From: a virus | Length of the DNA stretch: 64,000 bases | Virus record (IMG/VR): IMGVR_UViG_3300031227_000018 | Location: 32,001-96,000 of that record | Direction: 5' to 3' (one strand) | Shown here: one piece after another, positions 47,749-57,606 of the stretch | How the letters are laid out: the number at the start of each line of letters is the position of its first letter | Position numbering within the stretch: position 1 is the first letter of the stretch | The notes under the pieces: generated by a model | The model's input: only the letters and a program-made list of their open reading frames with translations | Databases searched by the model: none | Told to the model about the DNA's origin: nothing | Position numbers and translations under genes: made by a program

Positions 47749-48706
47749 TCAACAAGATGTATTGAGTTTTGATTTAAAAGGGTTGTTGTCTTCCCATTTC
47801 AATAATTATTGTGAAAACAATAACAGCTATTATATGGCATGTCCTTTTTGTGGAAAAAAAAATAAGTTTTATATTCAGAAAAAATACAAGTATTTTATAT
47901 GTTTTGTATGTGAAGAAAAGGGGAGCATTTATAGACTCCTTGCACATTTAAAAAATATTCCGTCTAAAGAAGCGTATAAGATAATACATAAAATTAAAGA
48001 AGAGAATTTGTCGTATGATGATGAATTGAAATTGAAGTTTGTTGATGAAGTTTATGAATCTGAATCTGATGTTTTGAATTTGGATTTGAGTTCTTTGGGA
48101 TTTTATTCATTGTTAAAATTCAAAGAAAATCACGAAGCAAGGGAATATATAGCTCATCGCGGTTTAGATGATAATATGATACAGCATTTTAATTTACATT
48201 ATTGTGATAGAACTAAGAGGGTGATTTTTCCTGTTGAATTTGAGGACAAAATTGTTGGATATCAAGCTCGTGATATAACGGGAGAACAAGAACCGAAGAT
48301 TCTTTCTTCAAAAGGTTTTCAAAAGACTAGGTTTTTGTATAACTACAACAAGTTGCTCTATGATTTACCAGATTATGTTGTTTTAGTGGAAGGGCCAATA
48401 GATTGTATAAAGTCGTATGAGTATAATTCTGTGGCATTATTTGGTAAACACATGTCAAAAGATCAGCTTCATTTATTATTGAAAATACCGACTTTAAAAA
48501 AAGTGTATATAGCTTTGGATCCGGAAGAAGAAGAGGGTCGGTTTGAGATGATGAAAGATTTATCTGCTTTTTGGGAAACGCTGCTCGTTCCTGTGGAAAT
48601 TGGCAAAGATATAGGGATGTATAGTTCTTGGGAAATTGGAATGTTATTGAAAAGATCTCAGTCGATATTTGATTTTGGAGATCAACTAAATATAGAAGAT
48701 AAATAG
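47729..48706 (+). CDS. DNA primase (Zn finger plus TOPRIM)
   Basis: CPFC..CFVC, YQARDI, LVEGPID, ALD. Confidence 0.9.
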   Translation: MKNSYHNQQDVLSFDLKGLLSSHFNNYCENNNSYYMACPFCGKKNKFYIQKKYKYFICFVCEEKGSIYRLLAHLKNIPSKEAYKIIHKIKEENLSYDDELKLKFVDEVYESESDVLNLDLSSLGFYSLLKFKENHEAREYIAHRGLDDNMIQHFNLHYCDRTKRVIFPVEFEDKIVGYQARDITGEQEPKILSSKGFQKTRFLYNYNKLLYDLPDYVVLVEGPIDCIKSYEYNSVALFGKHMSKDQLHLLLKIPTLKKVYIALDPEEEEGRFEMMKDLSAFWETLLVPVEIGKDIGMYSSWEIGMLLKRSQSIFDFGDQLNIEDK

Positions 48707-48714
48707 AGGTTACA

Positions 48715-51700
48715 GTGGTGAAACCATCTTATGTTGCTCTTCATTGTCATAGCACTTATTCATTCATGGATGGTGTTGGTACCATTGAGGAATGGGTAAA
48801 AGGTGCAAAAGAAAAAGGTGTTGCTGGTTTGGCGATTACCGATCATGGCGATGCCTCATCTATGTTAGAGCTGTATGGGTTGGGGAAGAAACATGGTTTA
48901 CCTGTTGTTTTGGGTTGTGAATTTTATATAGCAATGTCAAAGGAGAAGGATAAGAATGACAGATATTCTCATGTTGTAGTTTGGGCAAAGAATGAAATTG
49001 GGTACAAAAATATTTGTAGATTGACGTATTTATCTTATCAAGATGAGAATTTTTATTATAAACCGAGAATAACATTCGATGATTTAGTCAAGCATAAAGA
49101 GGGCCTTATTGTTGGTTCAGCTTGTGTGAAGGGTGTTATTGCAAAATATATAAATGATTTATCTGATGTTGATAATGAAGATGCGATAAACCTTGTAAAT
49201 TCTTTTAAAGAAGCGTTTGGTGAAGATTTTTATTTAGAGATTCAACATGGCGATTTGACATATGAATGGGATGAAAAGAAAGAACAATTTTATAAAGCAA
49301 AATCAGTTAATATACAGGAAACTATCAATAGAGTTATTTGTCAATTGGGTAAAAAATGTGGTGTTAAAGTTATAGCAACTCCTGACGCTCATATGATTGA
49401 TAAAGATCAGAAGATTGTTCAAGACGTTCAATTGAAAAATTATTTTAAAGATAAAAGAATGTACCATGAAATTTATTATTTGCCAACACGTGAAGAATTT
49501 ATAGGAATGTTCAATGAAAAGCATCCATACATTCCCAATGAAGATTTGGATATTTATTTGGATAATACTTATGAGATTTTGAATAAGTGTAAAGATTTAA
49601 ATCTTAAGTTTGATTACAATTTGCCAAAAGTGGATGCAGCTAAGGTTCATGGTATTTGGGGTTTAATAGAAGAAAAAGGCATTATAGATATGAAGAACGA
49701 GGTTTACACTCATAGAATAAAAGATGAATTGGAAGTTATTATTAATAATGGGGTACTCAATTTATTGCCCTATTTTATTGTGTTAGAAGAATTGGTTGAA
49801 TGGTGTGAACGAAATGATATTCTGGTCGGTCCAGGAAGGGGTTCGGCTGCGGGTTGTTTATTAAATTATGCTTTGGGTATAACCAAAGTTGACCCCATCA
49901 AGTATGGTTTACCCTTTAGTCGGTTTTTGAATTTAGCGAGAGTTCAAGAAGGGACTTTGCCCGATATTGATTTAGATTTTAGTGATCAGCAAGTGGTGAA
50001 GGATTATTTGGTTAAAAAATATGGCAGGGAATACGTTTTTAATATTTGCGTTAATCAAACCTTAAAAGCTCGATCAGCTTTTAAGGATATAATCAGGGTG
50101 ATGGCTCCTGAAGTTAGTGCAGATAAAGCTAATCAATTGAGTAAAATGATTATTTTTTCCTCTGAAACTAATCAAAAACAGGTTTTAAAAGAATCGTTGA
50201 ATAAAAATCCTAAATTGAAATCGTTTTTGATAAATAATAGGGAAGTTTTTATAGCAATCACTAAGTTGATTGGACAAGTGAGGCAAAGGGGAACTCATCC
50301 TTCTGCTGTGGTTATGTCTAAGGTTCCTGTTTACGAGGTGGTTCCTGTTGCCAAGAATAGAAATAGTGGCGAATACGTTACTCAATATACCATGGAATGG
50401 TGTGAAAAAGCTGGATTAATTAAGAATGATATATTGGGCCTCAAGACATTGAAAGATGTTTCTGGATGTAGAAAATTGATAATGGGCAAATACAAGAAGG
50501 ATATTGATGTTTTTAATTTAGATTTTGAGGATGAAAAGGTTTTTAAGGAATTTGAAAAATGCAACACTGATACAGTTTTTCAATTTAACACTGATTTAGT
50601 GAAAGGCATTTTAGGTAGAGTTAAGATTAAGAGTTTAGAAGATTTGTCTGTTGTAACTTCTTTGGGTCGCCCAGGTCCGATGGATATGGGTATGCATAAA
50701 ATTTATATATCATGTTCTAATGATTTGGAAGAAGTTGTTTATCCACATGATTCATTGAGAACATTGTTGAAAAGTACTTTCGGTATTATGGTGTATCAAG
50801 AGCAAGTGATGGAAGCAGTGAAAATTTTAGGTGGTTTTACCGATGTAGAAGCGGATAATATTCGTAGGGCGATGGGTAAGAAAAAGATTGAATTATTGAA
50901 TGAAGTTAAGGATAAATTTATAGAATATGCAGTCAATAAATATTCAGATATAGATAATGGTAAAGCAAACAAGTTGTGGGATTTGATTTATTCGTTTGGT
51001 CGATACGGCTTTTGTCATGCTCATGCCATTTCTTATTCAATGTTGGCTTATATATGCATGTGGTTAAAAGTTTATTATCCATTGGAATGGTGGAGTTCAG
51101 TTCTTAGCAATGAAGGGGATGCAGACACTGTTAAGGAGTATTATGTAAAGAATAAAGAGATGTTTATTATGCCAGATATAAATAAAAGTAAGGATACATA
51201 TATAGTTGATGGTGATAAGATAGTCATACCGTTGATTTTTTTGACGAGGATAGGTGAGAAAGCTGTTATAGAAATCATTAAAAGACAACCGTATTCTAGT
51301 TTTAGGGATTTTTTGAATAGAACAGATAGGCGTTTGATAAATAAAAAAGTTGTGATGAATTTGGTATGGTCAGATGTTTTTAGCAATGTAAATCGAGGTG
51401 ACAGCAATAAGGAATTACTAAAAGAATATTATTATTTTATGGCGAACGGGAAGAGTAGGCCTCAGATTGCAAAGATTTTGGAAGAATATTCTAAAGACAT
51501 TGAATCATTGAATAGATTTGATATAATCAATAAAAAGATTGAGAGTTGCCCCATTTATGATGTAAATTGTCAAGAATATTTTAAAGATTATTTTAGTAAG
51601 GATGTAGTGTCTTTAGATAAGATTTTAAAATTTGAAGAAGAATGTAAGGTAAAAGTAGGTGGAATATTTGGTGGAATAAAAGTTATAAAAACAAAAACGA

Positions 51701-51891
51701 ATAAACCGATGGCTTTTGCTAATTTGCGGAATAATAATTGTTCGATTGATTTGGTTTTATTTCCTGAAGTTTATGACGCTCATAAAGATAAGATTAAGAA
51801 TAATTTATTGTCTGAGGTTGATGGAAAGTTTAATGTGCGAAATAATAAGAAGTCCATAATAGTTAATGGATTAAAATTCATAGAAGTATAA
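48715..51891 (+). CDS. dnaE: DNA polymerase III alpha subunit (family C)
   Basis: HCHSTYS PHP domain, GPGRGSAAG, PDIDLD, YGFCHAHA, C-terminal OB fold. Confidence 0.95.
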   Translation: MVKPSYVALHCHSTYSFMDGVGTIEEWVKGAKEKGVAGLAITDHGDASSMLELYGLGKKHGLPVVLGCEFYIAMSKEKDKNDRYSHVVVWAKNEIGYKNICRLTYLSYQDENFYYKPRITFDDLVKHKEGLIVGSACVKGVIAKYINDLSDVDNEDAINLVNSFKEAFGEDFYLEIQHGDLTYEWDEKKEQFYKAKSVNIQETINRVICQLGKKCGVKVIATPDAHMIDKDQKIVQDVQLKNYFKDKRMYHEIYYLPTREEFIGMFNEKHPYIPNEDLDIYLDNTYEILNKCKDLNLKFDYNLPKVDAAKVHGIWGLIEEKGIIDMKNEVYTHRIKDELEVIINNGVLNLLPYFIVLEELVEWCERNDILVGPGRGSAAGCLLNYALGITKVDPIKYGLPFSRFLNLARVQEGTLPDIDLDFSDQQVVKDYLVKKYGREYVFNICVNQTLKARSAFKDIIRVMAPEVSADKANQLSKMIIFSSETNQKQVLKESLNKNPKLKSFLINNREVFIAITKLIGQVRQRGTHPSAVVMSKVPVYEVVPVAKNRNSGEYVTQYTMEWCEKAGLIKNDILGLKTLKDVSGCRKLIMGKYKKDIDVFNLDFEDEKVFKEFEKCNTDTVFQFNTDLVKGILGRVKIKSLEDLSVVTSLGRPGPMDMGMHKIYISCSNDLEEVVYPHDSLRTLLKSTFGIMVYQEQVMEAVKILGGFTDVEADNIRRAMGKKKIELLNEVKDKFIEYAVNKYSDIDNGKANKLWDLIYSFGRYGFCHAHAISYSMLAYICMWLKVYYPLEWWSSVLSNEGDADTVKEYYVKNKEMFIMPDINKSKDTYIVDGDKIVIPLIFLTRIGEKAVIEIIKRQPYSSFRDFLNRTDRRLINKKVVMNLVWSDVFSNVNRGDSNKELLKEYYYFMANGKSRPQIAKILEEYSKDIESLNRFDIINKKIESCPIYDVNCQEYFKDYFSKDVVSLDKILKFEEECKVKVGGIFGGIKVIKTKTNKPMAFANLRNNNCSIDLVLFPEVYDAHKDKIKNNLLSEVDGKFNVRNNKKSIIVNGLKFIEV

Positions 51892-51905
51892 AAAAGGAGA
51901 GAGTT

Positions 51906-52769
51906 ATGATAAAAGAGAAGAGGGATGACCAGGAAGTTCAAGTTGTGTTTGCTATTTATGGTGGAGATTCTGAAAGTAGGAGGAATTTGTCCGGTGGTAT
52001 TATAAAATATTGTAAAGAGAAAGCCATTAAAGTAGATTTGGCGTTGCCATTGCACACTTTAGCTCGATCTTTGTTCAATGTGCCTCCACAGTATTTGTTG
52101 GAAAAGGATAAAGAATTTTTGTCTCCAATTTTGGTGAATGATTTTACTATTAAACGAGCGATAAAAACTATTTATGATAGCCTTGGTACTTTGGCTAATT
52201 TTAATCCGAACAGAATTGGATTGAATAATTTTAATAGGCCGCGTTTAAAATCGGGTAATGATGTGTTGAAGTTCATTGGATTTGAGCTTATTCGTAAGGT
52301 TTATCCGAATTTTTTATCAGTTGTTTCGTGTAAAAATATATTGGGGAGAACGGGCAATTTTGTTGTGGAAGGGATAAAGTTTTATGATGAATACAATTAT
52401 TTGGTTGATAATTTTCAATTAGTGTACCCAATAAAGATTGAAGAAAAGAAAGCAAAGAAGGACGATGTTGTTGATGATTATGCTGTTTTAAAAGATGATT
52501 TACGAGATATTCAGCCGTCATCTGTATTGTCATTTGGGTTATCGGCGAAGGATGGACTTAAAGAGGCAGAAAAGTTATGCCCAAAAATAGAAGAAAATGT
52601 CAATGAATTGTTGGAGCTAGGCGATGTAAAGCCAATTTTTATCCCACAAGTTGTTGCACCGAATGCTCTTAATCATAATCAATCCAATGAAAGTGGAGTT
52701 ATTCGTACAAATAATGCTGTTTTTGAAAAAAAAGCACATATTTGGAGTGATGATGAAGTGATAGTCTAG
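51906..52769 (+). CDS. dNMP-kinase-like protein with a degenerate P-loop
   Basis: LALPLHTLARSLF, LKFIGFELIR, FVVEGIKFYDE resemble FADPLK/LQxxGTE/DxRFxNE; Walker A lacks GK[ST]. Confidence 0.55.
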   Translation: MIKEKRDDQEVQVVFAIYGGDSESRRNLSGGIIKYCKEKAIKVDLALPLHTLARSLFNVPPQYLLEKDKEFLSPILVNDFTIKRAIKTIYDSLGTLANFNPNRIGLNNFNRPRLKSGNDVLKFIGFELIRKVYPNFLSVVSCKNILGRTGNFVVEGIKFYDEYNYLVDNFQLVYPIKIEEKKAKKDDVVDDYAVLKDDLRDIQPSSVLSFGLSAKDGLKEAEKLCPKIEENVNELLELGDVKPIFIPQVVAPNALNHNQSNESGVIRTNNAVFEKKAHIWSDDEVIV

Positions 52770-52783
52770 CGAGGCGATTTGAT

Positions 52784-53608
52784 ATGGGTATAAAGAGAAT
52801 TTTTATTGCATTGATTTATATTGCACTTATTTTGGTGTTTAGTTTTTTTATTATAAAAGGGATGAAGGGTTGCACTAATGATAGTGACATTAAAATGAAG
52901 GGTAATATTGATGCGACTTATTTGATTCATTCTTATGCTCGTAAAACAAATTCTCCAGATTTTGTTTATAAAAAAGATGGGGATGTAAGGTATTTATTTC
53001 ATGAAATTCATTTGAATGAGAAAGGTAAAGATGGTCCGGCATTAGGTTATGTTATGATTTATCCGGATGGTCGTGTTGTTAGTGGTGTGTATAAGCATGA
53101 GATTCAAACAAGAACTGAAATTGTTTATGAAAAGGAAGAGGTCGTAACAAAAAATAAAGCATATTTAGTGATGAAGCAATCTGGTTTGGCTAATCGTAAA
53201 GGCAGTGACAGAGTGAATTGGAAGAATGTTCCTTATGAGTTGGAATTGATAAGTGTAGAAGAATCTTTTAATGTAGAGGTTGTGAAAAGGCGTAAAATAG
53301 TTTTTGATTTTTGTCCGGAAATAGGGGTAAATGGTATTATGGTTTTCAAAGATCAAGAATTTGATGTAATTCCGAGTTTGGGTTTTTCTGTCATTAGCTA
53401 TAAAGACGGTGAGAAGATTAAATATCGTTTTTTAAAGTTTGCAGTGGGAGTTAGGGATCTTAGTGCAGGTGCGAATATCAGTTTTTCTCCTGTATTGTAT
53501 AATCTTGGTAATAAGATAAGTTACATCAATAACACTTATTTAGCACCTGTTTTGGGTTATGATAAACGTGGTTTCGATTTTGGATTATCTTTAAGTTTAA
53601 CATTTTAA
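52784..53608 (+). CDS. Membrane-anchored protein with beta-rich C-terminus ending in Phe
   Basis: N-terminal TM followed by KGC; C-terminal FDFGLSLSLTF. Confidence 0.6.
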   Translation: MGIKRIFIALIYIALILVFSFFIIKGMKGCTNDSDIKMKGNIDATYLIHSYARKTNSPDFVYKKDGDVRYLFHEIHLNEKGKDGPALGYVMIYPDGRVVSGVYKHEIQTRTEIVYEKEEVVTKNKAYLVMKQSGLANRKGSDRVNWKNVPYELELISVEESFNVEVVKRRKIVFDFCPEIGVNGIMVFKDQEFDVIPSLGFSVISYKDGEKIKYRFLKFAVGVRDLSAGANISFSPVLYNLGNKISYINNTYLAPVLGYDKRGFDFGLSLSLTF

Positions 53609-53651
53609 TTAGGGTTATTGGTTTATTAAATTAATTGCCCCAGAAAAGGAG

Positions 53652-54557
53652 ATGGTCATGACAAAAGGTTACGAGTATGACGAGAGTGAGATGGAAAAAG
53701 CTGTTGAGAAAAGTAGGGCAAGAAGGAGTAAAGAAGGTTCAAGGGGTAAATTTTTCAATTTGCAAGAAAATATGGATAATATCTTTAGATTTTTGCCACC
53801 TCCAGCTGGTTCTGAAAGAAGATTGCCGTTTTTAGAAACTACGAAACATTTTATGCAGAATGAGGGCAAATATTTGGTCCTCAATTGTACATTAGAAAAG
53901 CATGGTGTTTGCCCTATTTGTTCTCATGTTAAAAGTTTGAGAGATAAGGCAAGGAATCTAAGTAGTGAAGAGGCAAAAAAGAAGATGAGAAAAGCTGCGT
54001 CTGATATCCGTTGTCAATATGCTTATGTTTATACGGTTTTAAATGAAGAAAACGAAATTGGTACTTTAGAGATGCCATCTAAGTTGCATGATATGATTTT
54101 AGAACAGTGTAGTAGTTTGAAAAAAATTGGTGGAGACAATTTTGTTAATGTTTATGATTTTGAAAAGGGAAGAAACATAATAATTACAAAGAAAAAAGAA
54201 TTTAAGTCAAATTCTACAAATTATATGTGGGTTTATAGTGCGACCTTTTTCCCAACTGAGAGTGCCATTCCAAAAGGGTTGTTGGATGATTATGAAGGGA
54301 TGTATGTTTTTCCAGAAATTTATGTTAAAGATTATGATCCAGAGAATTTAGAGGCTGCATTAAGGGGTGATTTTTCTTTTTTACAAAAGAAAAAGAGTGA
54401 TGTTGAAGATTCAGATCCCACTAAAATCAAGGATGACGACGAGGTAGATACGAAGGAAGATGGCAAGGTTGAAGGATCTGATGATAAAGGCGATTCCCAG
54501 CCTTCAACAGAAACAACGAGTGACGATGATGATCTTATAGATGAGCTCTTAAAGTGA
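53652..54557 (+). CDS. Single-stranded DNA-binding protein (T4 gp32-like)
   Basis: FRFLPP, H...C...CPIC Zn site, GRNIIITK, acidic tail. Confidence 0.85.
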   Translation: MVMTKGYEYDESEMEKAVEKSRARRSKEGSRGKFFNLQENMDNIFRFLPPPAGSERRLPFLETTKHFMQNEGKYLVLNCTLEKHGVCPICSHVKSLRDKARNLSSEEAKKKMRKAASDIRCQYAYVYTVLNEENEIGTLEMPSKLHDMILEQCSSLKKIGGDNFVNVYDFEKGRNIIITKKKEFKSNSTNYMWVYSATFFPTESAIPKGLLDDYEGMYVFPEIYVKDYDPENLEAALRGDFSFLQKKKSDVEDSDPTKIKDDDEVDTKEDGKVEGSDDKGDSQPSTETTSDDDDLIDELLK

Positions 54558-54586
54558 CGATGATCTTATAGATGAGCTCTTAAAGT
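54525..54586 (+). repeat. 31-bp tandem duplication across the SSB stop codon
   Basis: GA(T/C)GATGATCTTATAGATGAGCTCTTAAAGT twice. Confidence 0.92.
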
Positions 54587-54614
54587 CTTAATTAAAATAA
54601 AAAGGAGATGTGTC

Positions 54615-55130
54615 ATGACTAAAAAATACAAAAGATTGCCTCCAAAAATGATTGTGAAAGTGAAAGATTTATTTGATAAAATATCTCCCGAGGATATTGA
54701 TGTAGATTTTTTAGATGATTATAAAGGTGAAGGGGACAAGGAATATGCAAATTTATCTGATTTTAAAAAAATAGGTTCTGAGTATTTATATGCACAAGAT
54801 TTATGTTTGAATAATTCAAAAGTTTGTGCGGCTTTTCAGGAAGAAGCAAAAAGAATTTTAAGCAAGGAAGAATCTTTGGCATTCCTTGATCGGGCTGTTC
54901 AGGCTTATGGTGCCCTTAAAAAAGAAAAGATGGAGATTACAGATGGGAAGGCAGGATCTTATGTGAATATAGATGAGAAAGTTAATCAATTAAGACAATT
55001 GCATTCGAGTTGGGGTATTCTCAAAGATTACTTTTTTTCTTATTACAGATTGTTTGAGAAAAAACATGATTGGGTTAAGACGATGATTTATATGGAGGCA
55101 AAAATGGATGGGAATAGGGGGGCAACATGA
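54615..55130 (+). CDS. Helical protein, possible UvsY-like recombination mediator
   Basis: Between SSB and RecA; ITDGKAGSYVNIDE. Confidence 0.45.
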   Translation: MTKKYKRLPPKMIVKVKDLFDKISPEDIDVDFLDDYKGEGDKEYANLSDFKKIGSEYLYAQDLCLNNSKVCAAFQEEAKRILSKEESLAFLDRAVQAYGALKKEKMEITDGKAGSYVNIDEKVNQLRQLHSSWGILKDYFFSYYRLFEKKHDWVKTMIYMEAKMDGNRGAT

Positions 55131-56203
55131 CGTTGGATGCGAAGTTAAAAAGTAAGTTGTTTAAAAACTCCCCTGTTTCGGATAAAGAAATTGATGAGAT
55201 AATTTCTGAGAAAAGGGTTCCCACTGTTTCTCCATCTATAAATTGGGCATTAGAAGGGGGCATTGTTCCTGGGAGATTTTATTGTTTTGTTGGTCCGGAA
55301 TCGGCAGGTAAAAGTATGTTTGCTGTTTCTTGTTGTGTGGAGATGTTAAAGAACAATCCCAACGGTCGGATTATTTGGTTTGATACAGAAGAATCTTTCA
55401 CTACGCATTGGTTGGATATTTTTATGAAAGATGAGGATGGGTTTAATGATGATGATAGAAAAGGGTGTCTTGATGATGAGAAAAAAGGGCGATTTATAGT
55501 TAAACAAGTGAAATATGGGAGAGACATCTTTGATCATTATATTGATGATTTGACTCAAATTCATGATTCGGGAGTTCCAATTTTGAGTTGTGTGATTGAT
55601 AGCAAGGATTGCATCATTCCTCCAAAAGAAGAGAGTCGCCAATCAACTGAAGACCACACTATGGCGGCTTTGGCAGGTTATTTGCCTGCGGCTTTTAGAA
55701 AGATGATTTCTCCTTCTCGTATTCGTAAAACTTCTTGGATATTTATTTCGCAAGTTGGTATGCAATTTGATGAAATGCAAAAAAGACTTGGGAATAGGTA
55801 TACAATGTCTGGTGGTAAAAAGTTTTTGCATTATATGGATGCGATATTATTGTTTGAACAATTAGAAGGGAAAGTTAATAAGATTTTTGATGATGAGAAG
55901 GTGGGTATGGATGGTAAACCAGTCCAGCTTGGGTGTTATATTAAAATGAAAGTAAATCACAAATGCCGTGTTGGTGTGCCTAATCGTGTTGCAGTGTTTA
56001 AGTTTATTTATAAAGAAGGGGTGGTTGGACAATGGGAAGAAATAGCTAAGTTAGCAGTAGGGATTGGAATTGTAAATAAAGAAGGGAGAACGTATTTTTA
56101 TCAAGAGGGTAAACTTGGAGTCAGTGAAGGTGAATACTTGAACAAGGTTAAAGAAGATGAAAAATTACAAGAAGAATTATACACTAAAATAATGGAGAGT
56201 TGA
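55127..56203 (+). CDS. RecA/UvsX-like recombinase
   Basis: GGIVPGR, GPESAGKS, FDTE, VIDS, SGG. Confidence 0.92.
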   Translation: MTLDAKLKSKLFKNSPVSDKEIDEIISEKRVPTVSPSINWALEGGIVPGRFYCFVGPESAGKSMFAVSCCVEMLKNNPNGRIIWFDTEESFTTHWLDIFMKDEDGFNDDDRKGCLDDEKKGRFIVKQVKYGRDIFDHYIDDLTQIHDSGVPILSCVIDSKDCIIPPKEESRQSTEDHTMAALAGYLPAAFRKMISPSRIRKTSWIFISQVGMQFDEMQKRLGNRYTMSGGKKFLHYMDAILLFEQLEGKVNKIFDDEKVGMDGKPVQLGCYIKMKVNHKCRVGVPNRVAVFKFIYKEGVVGQWEEIAKLAVGIGIVNKEGRTYFYQEGKLGVSEGEYLNKVKEDEKLQEELYTKIMES

Positions 56204-56204
56204 A

Positions 56205-57260
56205 GTGAATTATTTAATTGTTGGGGATTTACATTTGAAGTTGAATAATCTTGAAGCTGCGGATTTATTCTTTGATTATTTGTTTGAAGAGATAAAGAAA
56301 AAGGGGAAGGATGTTGAAGTGTTTTTTTTGGGGGATATTTATGAAGTAAAATCTATAATTAGAGTTGAAGTTCAAAATTATTTTTACAATAAGTTGAGTA
56401 AAATTAGTGATAATGTAAAGGCGATTTATTTAATTTTAGGTAATCATGATTATACGAATAAGAATCTAGTTGACCATGCCTTTAATTTTGGTTGTGAAAA
56501 GCTCATTAAAAATTTGAAAGTTATTGATAAGCCATCTATTTTGAATGATGGTATATGGGCAATTCCATATTGTGAGAATAGTCAAGATTTTATAAAACGG
56601 TTAGCAGATCTCACTTCAACAGTAGAAATTAAAAAACCTAAGATCATTTTTTGTCATCAAGCGTTTAATGGGTTCGCTTACAGTGTTCGAAGTGGGGTTA
56701 AAGAAGAGAATGGTGTTGATCTTGAGAAGGTCAAGTTTGATGGTTGTAAGGTTATTGCAGGTCATTTTCATTCATTTCAAGAAAAAGATGTCATTGTTTA
56801 TCTTGGTACACCATTTGCCCACACTTTTTCTGAAGCTAATGAGAGCAAAAAGATATTGTGGATAAAAGATGATAAGTGGGAGTATTTATCAACTGGAGAT
56901 AAAGTTCCACGATACTGTATTTTTGATACTAATTTTAATGAATTATTGGGCGGTAAAAAGTTTGGATATAAGGAAAACGATCATGTTAAGTTTTTGATAT
57001 CTGATAAAGAGGAAAATTGCAAAAAAGTTACGAAGGATTTTTTAGGTTCTTTGATGGATGAAGGCAAGATTAAAAAGTGTGACAATGTTTATCTTCAATA
57101 TAGTTTTTCTGATCATCAGGTTGATATAAATATAGATGAGAATCAATCGGTGATTAGTATGTTTGAGGATTATGTGAATATTTATTTAAAAGACAACAAA
57201 TATAAGGGTTTGATTTTGAAGGTAGGTGTGGGGAGGTATTTGAAAAATGCCTCTTTATAA
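56205..57260 (+). CDS. Mre11/SbcD (gp47-like) nuclease
   Basis: GDLH, LGD, GNHD, HQ, GHFH. Confidence 0.92.
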   Translation: MNYLIVGDLHLKLNNLEAADLFFDYLFEEIKKKGKDVEVFFLGDIYEVKSIIRVEVQNYFYNKLSKISDNVKAIYLILGNHDYTNKNLVDHAFNFGCEKLIKNLKVIDKPSILNDGIWAIPYCENSQDFIKRLADLTSTVEIKKPKIIFCHQAFNGFAYSVRSGVKEENGVDLEKVKFDGCKVIAGHFHSFQEKDVIVYLGTPFAHTFSEANESKKILWIKDDKWEYLSTGDKVPRYCIFDTNFNELLGGKKFGYKENDHVKFLISDKEENCKKVTKDFLGSLMDEGKIKKCDNVYLQYSFSDHQVDINIDENQSVISMFEDYVNIYLKDNKYKGLILKVGVGRYLKNASL

Positions 57261-57606
57261 GTATGAATGTGCAAATTGTAATACGATTTTTGACAGGTTA
57301 ATAACCCCACCATCACCTGCAGTTGCCAGATGTTTTAGTTGCGGTGGGGTAGCTCAAAAACTTTTAACGAGGAGTTTATCTCCCACAGTGAAAGTTTTGT
57401 TGGATAAATACAGAAAAAAATCGGTATTAAGAAACATTAATAAAGTCATGAAAGACAGGTCTTGGAATCATCAAAAGAAATATGAAATAGGGGGGATGAT
57501 TTCAAAATATGGTGTTGGCTACTTGAAGAAAGTGACTAATTTTTTTGATAAGACAACTGGGTTGTTAAAAAAAGATAAAGTCAAAAACGATGAAGGTGAG
57601 TTATGA
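57247..57606 (+). CDS. FmdB-family Zn-ribbon protein
   Basis: MPLYKYECANC...CFSCG. Confidence 0.8.
   Translation: MPLYKYECANCNTIFDRLITPPSPAVARCFSCGGVAQKLLTRSLSPTVKVLLDKYRKKSVLRNINKVMKDRSWNHQKKYEIGGMISKYGVGYLKKVTNFFDKTTGLLKKDKVKNDEGEL

Noticed and set aside
48715-51891. Intein or intron in dnaE, helicase or terL
   Set aside because: Lengths are normal, motifs contiguous, no splice-junction motifs seen
54525-54586. CRISPR-like repeat
   Set aside because: Two abutting copies with no spacer and no cas genes; no array seen anywhere in the window
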